The notes under the pieces were generated by a model. The model was not told the DNA's origin. It searched no databases and saw nothing but the letters and a program-made list of their open reading frames with translations. A stretch of DNA of 64,000 nt from Candidatus Azotimanducaceae bacterium (GTDB taxonomy: Bacteria; Pseudomonadota; Gammaproteobacteria; Pseudomonadales; Azotimanducaceae): positions 1,260,543-1,324,542 of the forward strand of contig OZ255839.1 in the NCBI GenBank assembly GCA_965277675.1, in the 5' to 3' direction. Numbering within the stretch: the stretch's first letter is position 1; every line of letters begins with the position of its first letter. Positions 58,584 through 64,000 of this stretch are shown here, piece by piece. Both the position numbers and the translations under genes were made by a program.

Positions 58584-59235
58584 ACCTCACCTCAAAGCCG
58601 CGCCAGGTCACCACGGTTACCAGAAAGTAAAGGTGCACTAGCAAAGCAATGATCCATTCGAACGCATCTTCGTAGTCATCATAGTTATCCAGGATCTGGT
58701 CAAGCAACAGTGTACTGATCCCAATTGCCAATGTCGTTATACACAGGCCAAGCAGCAGTTTACGGGTCTCTTCGTAAATCTGAAGTTTGCTCATTCGCCA
58801 GACCATCAGTAACTGAGATAAATAGGTGAATGTGAAATAGAAAATAATGCCAATGCGGCGCTGCAACCTGAAGTGATCACCGGCGGCCCCCAACGCCACC
58901 GTATAGATAATAAGAAACAATCCACCCAGGGCGCCCAGCACAAAAATCGTTCGCGGCACTACGCCGGTATCGCCCAGAGATCTGAGCCATTGATAGGCCA
59001 GATACCAGTAAAGCGCCAACAACATCGCCGACGGGATCATGGTGCCCTTAAATACGAAATACGCCGCCCCGTGGCGCCCGGTGGCAGAAATTGAGGTACA
59101 GCTTTCCAGATAGGGAAAGCACCAGGGTACGTGTCCCTGGGTGGCAGACACAAGATAGGTTGTGTGAATCGCCAGAATCGGCAGCAGGCCGTTAATAGCG
59201 GCGACAACACTGGGTATGTTTCGCTGCTTGATCAT
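58570..59235 (-). CDS. Six-TM membrane protein, Frag1/DRAM/Sfk1-like
   Basis: CFPYLESCTSISATG after TM1 resembles the P-Y-I-S-x-x-G signature of the Frag1/DRAM/Sfk1 family, from memory. The 3' end overlaps the Omp85 gene start by 14 nt. Confidence 0.45.
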   Translation of the reverse strand: MIKQRNIPSVVAAINGLLPILAIHTTYLVSATQGHVPWCFPYLESCTSISATGRHGAAYFVFKGTMIPSAMLLALYWYLAYQWLRSLGDTGVVPRTIFVLGALGGLFLIIYTVALGAAGDHFRLQRRIGIIFYFTFTYLSQLLMVWRMSKLQIYEETRKLLLGLCITTLAIGISTLLLDQILDNYDDYEDAFEWIIALLVHLYFLVTVVTWRGFEVRYVAR

Positions 59236-59347
59236 CGATTTGTGTTGGACCTATCTGCCAGGTCAACGGGTAAATTGACCAACATCATTGAAACCATGAA
59301 CACGAGCCCCTATCCTGCGTTCGTCATAACAGAGTGCGGCAAACAAC

Positions 59348-59506
59348 ATGTCAGACGAGAAAGAAAAGGACGAGAAAGAAAGAGTCGAGCGTCGCAAAGG
59401 GCCTTCTGATCGCCGGGTTTCCACCGACCGACGCGGCAACGATCGCGTGGTTGAAGAAGCTGACCCTCGCAGGAAAGGTCCTGATCGACGCCGCAACCCC
59501 TCATAA
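59348..59506 (+). CDS. Possible 52-aa Arg/Asp-rich small protein
   Basis: Own translation: MSDEKEKDEKERVERRKGPSDRRVSTDRRGNDRVVEEADPRRKGPDRRRNPS. It falls below the track length cutoff. The internal repeat RRKGP(S)DRR is conserved at the peptide level but not the nucleotide level. No clear SD. Confidence 0.3.
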   Translation: MSDEKEKDEKERVERRKGPSDRRVSTDRRGNDRVVEEADPRRKGPDRRRNPS

Positions 59507-59602
59507 CCGGGGTGTGACTGAACCACTGACTCTTCAACACGCCTGACATCCTGTCGCACACGTCTATAGGTTCCAGATGTCTATGCCCTGGTTCAATCCT
59601 CT

Positions 59603-61861
59603 CTATTTGACACCATAAAACTCCAGTCGCTGTTTAACCTGGGGTTCATCTGGCGCTAACCGCGCCAGCGCGGTCAATGGTCTTCGAATGCCCACCAGCA
59701 AGCCAGTTTTTTCCCGGTATGCGACCTCGAGCATCAATAGATCGATCTGATTTGGCCACAGGACCGAGGCTGCTTTAAGGACCTCCACTGCTTCCATCGT
59801 TCGCGCTACTGAATCCAAGGCGATGGCATAGACATAGCTAAATCTGGGTGTCCGGTCATCTTGTTCGGTAGCTGCTGCAAGATAGCGTATCGCCGGCACC
59901 ATTTTACCAGCGCGAACAAGGTACAAACCGTAGCTGTGATTAGCCGCACCACTATCTGGCGCAAGACGGACTGCCTCTTTAAGCAATTCACCGGCGGCGG
60001 CCGCATCACCGAGTTCACGTTTCACATCCGCGAGATTCAACCGCGCAGGAATAAAATGTGGTTCAATTCTTAGCGCATCCTCCAAATAGGCAACCGCCCG
60101 CTGGTTATCACCGGACTGCAGCGCAAGCATGCCGAGCGAGGTTCTGGTTGAAGGCAGATCATTGCTGGGACCCAGCGAGTCGCGGTAGACATCAATCAGG
60201 GGCGCATAGTCGAGGCTATCTTCCGCACTAAAACTCGTCAGCACACTGGCCAGGCCACGCCCGGCTTCTCGTCTGACAACTCGTGACGGATCGTTGATCA
60301 GTGAGGGCAGCGTTAACTGCCTCACGGCCGGGGGCGCCTCTCCAACTTTACGTGCTGCCGCCATTCTGACCAGGGCAGCCTCATCATCGATAAGCCCCAT
60401 CGCAATTCTTAGTGCGTCGTCGGTTAAAGGCAGTGCTGCGATCAGTGTCGCCCGCTTGATCGCCGGATACGCCGGATCAAGGATGTACCTGGCCGCTTCA
60501 GGAATCCCCAGTGGATCACCGCTACGTAACTGAAGATGGTTTTGAGTATAGACATCGACAATCTGCCGATCCTTCAGTTGCGTAATCGCCCAATCAACCG
60601 TTTTATCCTGGTGACAATCGTTACAAGCATTCGGTATGCCATGCGAGGCGGTCATTAAAGGGTTGGGTGAACCAAAGCGGTGATCGCGACGATCATCCAC
60701 CTGCATGTAAGTCGTGGCTGGCATATGGCAGTCCACGCAGGCAGCCCCGGTACTGCCGGGTTCATGCATCAGATGGCTGACCCGCTCATATTCCGCCGGG
60801 CTGTGGCACTGGGCGCAGAGACGATTGTCATCAAAGAAAACCTTGCCGGTGTGCGCATTGTGACAGTTCATACACGTCACACCCTGCTGATGCATTTTGC
60901 TCTGCATGAAGGAACCGAGGACAAACACTTCATCCAGAATCTGACCGTCGGCATGATACAAACCGGCCTCCAGCAAACTCAGCTCATACTGATCATGGTA
61001 GTCAGCCCCCGGTGAGATACCATCAATCACATGCCGCCTGGAGTGACAGCCGCCACACATATCAATATGGGCGGCACTGGCTTCACCAGAACTCGATGCA
61101 ATTGGGGCTTCTCCGTATTTCCAGGTCAGTGTTTGGGGCGCGCTGAACAATCGGACCTCTTCACCCGCCTGCGCCGAGCGCACATGCTCACTGCCAGGTC
61201 CGTGACAGGATTCACAGCCGACATTGACCTCGGAAAAACTGGTCTCGTAGCTGACGTCAGCCGCGTTGAATTTTTTCTGAACATTGGTGCTGTGGCATTC
61301 CGCACAGCGTCCATTCCAGTTCTGTAAATGCCGATCCCAGGCGAACGGTGAATCAGGTTCAAGTGAGTCTCTAAGATGAAACCAGCGCTGCCCGCCCTGC
61401 GCTTCGGTGCGGGCATCCCAGGTCACGTTCAGGGCCTGAAGTTTGCCACCCTCAATCTCGACCAAATACTGCTGGAGCGGCGAAACGCCGAAGGTATATT
61501 TTATCGGTAGCACCCTTTCGAGATCACCGGTCCTGACAACGGCCGAATATTGTCCGTCGGCGGCCCGCATGCGCCAATCGGCACCGTGAAAGTTGAGCAG
61601 TTCACCATTAAACTCACCCCGGACACTCTCTGCCGTCGCCGGGCGCATGGCCTCAAAGTGATGCGATTCTCGCCAGGCCTCATACTCATCCTGGTGACAG
61701 GTCGCGCATTGGCTGGCACCCACGTACTCCGGTGTTCGGGTCTCAGCGAGCGCTGTCGCACTCAGATAAAACAGTAGCAAAATCAGGGGGGAAATCAGTC
61801 GATACACGTTTGAGCCAGCAACCACAAAACAGCAGTGTAACAACTGTTGCGCATAGCCCAC
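59603..61861 (-). CDS. Octaheme c-type cytochrome fused to a C-terminal TPR-repeat domain
   Basis: Eight CxxCH motifs: CATCH, CAECH, CESCH, CGGCH, CMNCH, CAQCH, CVDCH, CNDCH. Signal-like LISPLILLLFYLSATALA. The C-terminal ~330 aa carry TPR-like A/L/Y periodicity. GTG start; the exact start is uncertain. Confidence 0.85.
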   Translation of the reverse strand: MGYAQQLLHCCFVVAGSNVYRLISPLILLLFYLSATALAETRTPEYVGASQCATCHQDEYEAWRESHHFEAMRPATAESVRGEFNGELLNFHGADWRMRAADGQYSAVVRTGDLERVLPIKYTFGVSPLQQYLVEIEGGKLQALNVTWDARTEAQGGQRWFHLRDSLEPDSPFAWDRHLQNWNGRCAECHSTNVQKKFNAADVSYETSFSEVNVGCESCHGPGSEHVRSAQAGEEVRLFSAPQTLTWKYGEAPIASSSGEASAAHIDMCGGCHSRRHVIDGISPGADYHDQYELSLLEAGLYHADGQILDEVFVLGSFMQSKMHQQGVTCMNCHNAHTGKVFFDDNRLCAQCHSPAEYERVSHLMHEPGSTGAACVDCHMPATTYMQVDDRRDHRFGSPNPLMTASHGIPNACNDCHQDKTVDWAITQLKDRQIVDVYTQNHLQLRSGDPLGIPEAARYILDPAYPAIKRATLIAALPLTDDALRIAMGLIDDEAALVRMAAARKVGEAPPAVRQLTLPSLINDPSRVVRREAGRGLASVLTSFSAEDSLDYAPLIDVYRDSLGPSNDLPSTRTSLGMLALQSGDNQRAVAYLEDALRIEPHFIPARLNLADVKRELGDAAAAGELLKEAVRLAPDSGAANHSYGLYLVRAGKMVPAIRYLAAATEQDDRTPRFSYVYAIALDSVARTMEAVEVLKAASVLWPNQIDLLMLEVAYREKTGLLVGIRRPLTALARLAPDEPQVKQRLEFYGVK

Positions 61862-61948
61862 ATTCCCTTTACAAATTGTTTACCTCAGAATCGGAAAAAG
61901 CCCTAGAATACGCGGCCAGTTGAGAAACGATCACGTAAACCCAGAAAC

Positions 61949-62326
61949 ATGCCTGTCAGCACCACTAGCAATCACAACGAACCCTTTGATATTCAGATGG
62001 TCACGCGCGAACTCATCGCAACCGAAGTCATTGCCGCGCAAAGAGCGCTTTATCTTGCCCCCGATCATGATGCGACCCGCCCGGTGCTCTGGGATGCGCG
62101 CAAGGTTGATGTGAAATCCGGTTTTACTGAGATGCTCAACATGGTCGAAGGTTCAACAGACCTCTGGCGTAAAATGGCCGGTGGCCGCAGCGCAATTCTG
62201 GTGGCGGAACGTGCTCACGCCGCCTACGGGCGACTCTACGCGCAACTGGCAGCAGCCATGCCCAGAGAACTACAGGTCTTCACCGATTATGATGAAGCAG
62301 TATCCTGGATGACCCAGCGTCAGTGA
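61949..62326 (+). CDS. Hypothetical STAS/SpoIIAA-like small protein
   Basis: 125 aa. VLWDARKVDV, RSAILVAERAHAAYGRLY and FTDYDEAVSWM parallel VWDLSTLNL, KAALVLTRSTDYQLMRIY and CRSLDEAYRWI in ORF 11825..12202. Confidence 0.5.
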   Translation: MPVSTTSNHNEPFDIQMVTRELIATEVIAAQRALYLAPDHDATRPVLWDARKVDVKSGFTEMLNMVEGSTDLWRKMAGGRSAILVAERAHAAYGRLYAQLAAAMPRELQVFTDYDEAVSWMTQRQ

Positions 62327-62457
62327 ACGCCTGACACAGCAAGGACCTCCCAGTCACCCGACAACACCGCTATAATGCTCGCGCCCGGACCGCTCGTTGA
62401 GGGGCCGGACCTTTACGACAACTACGACAACCTAAATTCAAAAAGGCAGCGCATATT

Positions 62458-63063
62458 ATGTCCATAACCATCTACGGTGTATCAGGTAGCCGTGCCATTC
62501 GATCTCTCTGGGCTATCGAAGAAACAGGCGTTGAGTACGAACACGTACCCACGCATTTCTTCAAGGATTCCAAAACAGACGACTATATGGCCGTCAACCC
62601 TAACGGTCGAATCCCTGCACTGGTTGATGGCGACGTCACAATTTTTGAATCAATGGCGATCAATCTTTACTTAACCAAGAAGTACGCACCCGCGCTTTAC
62701 CCTGGCAACGAAGCTGACGAAGCACATGCCTTCCAGTGGAGCGTTTGGGCCATCAGCGAAATTGAGCCTCAGCAGATGCTCATCGTGGTGCAGAAGTTTT
62801 TTAATAAAGACAATATCGATGAAGCTGTTATTGAAGCTGCGACGGAAGCCCTGCAACGACCGCTAAAGGTTCTGGAAACGCACCTGGATGGCCAGGACTA
62901 CCTGCTGGGCGACAGCTTTACCGTGGCTGACCTGAATCTGGCAGGTGTGATGAATCTCATGCAGATGATCGCTTTTGATTTCAGCGCTTACCCCAACGTT
63001 GGCGACTGGCTGTCACGCTGCTACGCGCGGGACGCCCTGAAACGAGCACAAGCCCTGAAGTAA
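62458..63063 (+). CDS. Glutathione S-transferase
   Basis: N-terminal thioredoxin-like GSRAIRSLWAIEE...NPNGRIPALVDGDVTIFESMAINLYL and a helical C-domain. Confidence 0.9.
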   Translation: MSITIYGVSGSRAIRSLWAIEETGVEYEHVPTHFFKDSKTDDYMAVNPNGRIPALVDGDVTIFESMAINLYLTKKYAPALYPGNEADEAHAFQWSVWAISEIEPQQMLIVVQKFFNKDNIDEAVIEAATEALQRPLKVLETHLDGQDYLLGDSFTVADLNLAGVMNLMQMIAFDFSAYPNVGDWLSRCYARDALKRAQALK

Positions 63064-63073
63064 AAGGCTTGTT

Positions 63074-63098
63074 AATCCCGGACGCTGCGTCCGGGATT
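63074..63098. terminator. Bidirectional stem-loop between convergent genes
   Basis: aatcccggacg-ctg-cgtccgggatt, an 11-bp perfect stem. Confidence 0.6.
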
Positions 63099-63444
63099 AC
63101 CTGCCAACTTCTGGCGGTCGGTTCAGCTGGCGAACCAGCAAATCCGCGACCAAAGCAATACCCAGCACCAGACCACTCGCAATCCCAGCAAGCAGTATCA
63201 ATGAGATACTCAACGTCTGGTAGAAAAACAAAGATGCGCCTGCGCAGGCACTCCAATAGAGGGACACCATAGCGGTTCGCCATGCCCCCATCCACAAGGC
63301 CACCAATGCCAGTGGCACCGTCACCACATGAAAGACAGCCGCGCCTGAAAAAGGCCCGAAGGCCGCAACAAAGGAAAAGCCAGACACCAGCGCTGTAAAA
63401 CTACCGATCATCAATCCGGCTATTTTCGACGCGCTATTGAACAT
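63097..63444 (-). CDS. Small four-TM membrane protein
   Basis: 115 aa, almost entirely hydrophobic. Overlaps the upstream ORF by 11 nt. Confidence 0.5.
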   Translation of the reverse strand: MFNSASKIAGLMIGSFTALVSGFSFVAAFGPFSGAAVFHVVTVPLALVALWMGAWRTAMVSLYWSACAGASLFFYQTLSISLILLAGIASGLVLGIALVADLLVRQLNRPPEVGR

Positions 63445-63850
63445 GGGCTGCCAGGTCGTTGGATTTATTGGGGTTTCCTATGGGCAAACCATCGTAGCGC
63501 ATCGACTTATCTCTGCTCTCGATCATCTGCCGGATTTCCTCCATCGAAGGCTGATCCACGGATGCTGGTTCCTTCACATTTTTCAGTCGCCAGACAACCC
63601 AGGCATCGATAACAGAAATGAGTTCTGGCGTCGTCATGCTGAAGCTGGTGTTGTAGCGCCAATCATCATGGCGGTTTTTTAGCGTCGTCTTAGCGAAACC
63701 TGAAGCGTCAACAGGCAAGGGAAAATCAAAAGGAACCTCAAGGCTTATGCTCATGTCTTGAGCAGGTGCGGGTACGACCAGAAAAAACAAAAACCCGCTC
63801 AAGCCTGTCATCAAGGCCAGTTGGTAAAGCTGAACGGAAAATCGATCCAT
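63434..63850 (-). CDS. Secreted hypothetical protein
   Basis: 138 aa with an N-terminal hydrophobic signal LALMTGLSGFLFFLVVPAPAQD. No recognisable domain. Confidence 0.5.
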   Translation of the reverse strand: MDRFSVQLYQLALMTGLSGFLFFLVVPAPAQDMSISLEVPFDFPLPVDASGFAKTTLKNRHDDWRYNTSFSMTTPELISVIDAWVVWRLKNVKEPASVDQPSMEEIRQMIESRDKSMRYDGLPIGNPNKSNDLAAHVQ

Positions 63851-64000
63851 GAGGTTACCTCGTCAGCGTGTTTCCAGATTCTCTCTCAACAAGTTTACCC
63901 ATTCGCGCATGTCCCTGACCACCTCACACAGACCGTCCAGTGTTATCTCGGCCCAGGCAAGCCTTCAACTGGTGCGCCTTTCAGCATCCACCCAATCCTT

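Noticed and set aside
63909-64000. Open reading frame starting at ATG 63909 and running off the window end (MSLTTSHRPSSVISAQASLQLV...)
   Set aside because: No RBS, only 30 codons visible, and a low-complexity Ser/Thr composition. The evidence is insufficient to call a gene.

Overview
Gene-dense 64 kb chromosomal segment with about 70 protein-coding genes and 2 tRNA genes. It contains no rRNA, CRISPR array, IS element, integrase or prophage genes. Gene content (yeiP/efpL, arfB, cysZ, two-domain queF, acnA, frmA, E. coli-like tRNA-Glu and tRNA-Gly) points to a Gammaproteobacterium. The abundance of acyl-CoA ligases, SDRs, hydrolases, a Rieske oxygenase and a TonB-dependent receptor suggests a marine or oligotrophic lipid/aromatic degrader, but that lineage call is only a guess. 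Most of the window is housekeeping plus tightly packed catabolic operons of unassigned substrate. The accessory part is a small islet around two tRNA genes (46.7-49.2 kb). It holds a perfect (GATA)62 microsatellite filling the tRNA-Glu/tRNA-Gly spacer. Directly beyond tRNA-Gly lies a 63-aa peptide with a textbook double-glycine leader (microcin / class II bacteriocin type), followed by an attenuator-like hairpin and a zinc-ribbon two-TM protein that could be its immunity factor. Next comes a translationally coupled alpha/beta-hydrolase + small HNH pair. No C39-peptidase ABC exporter is present in the window. Other items worth a second look: a 1-nt-overlapping yeiP-arfB ribosome-rescue operon, an amidohydrolase/SPL-like PLP lyase/acyl-CoA ligase operon, iorAB translationally coupled to cysZ, tandem double-EthD paralogs beside a partner-less Rieske oxygenase, an Omp85 barrel overlapping a Frag1/DRAM-like membrane protein, an octaheme cytochrome-TPR fusion, and a YbgA-like gene with no canonical start codon. 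All family assignments come from reading motifs in the translations and from memory of those families. No database search was run.
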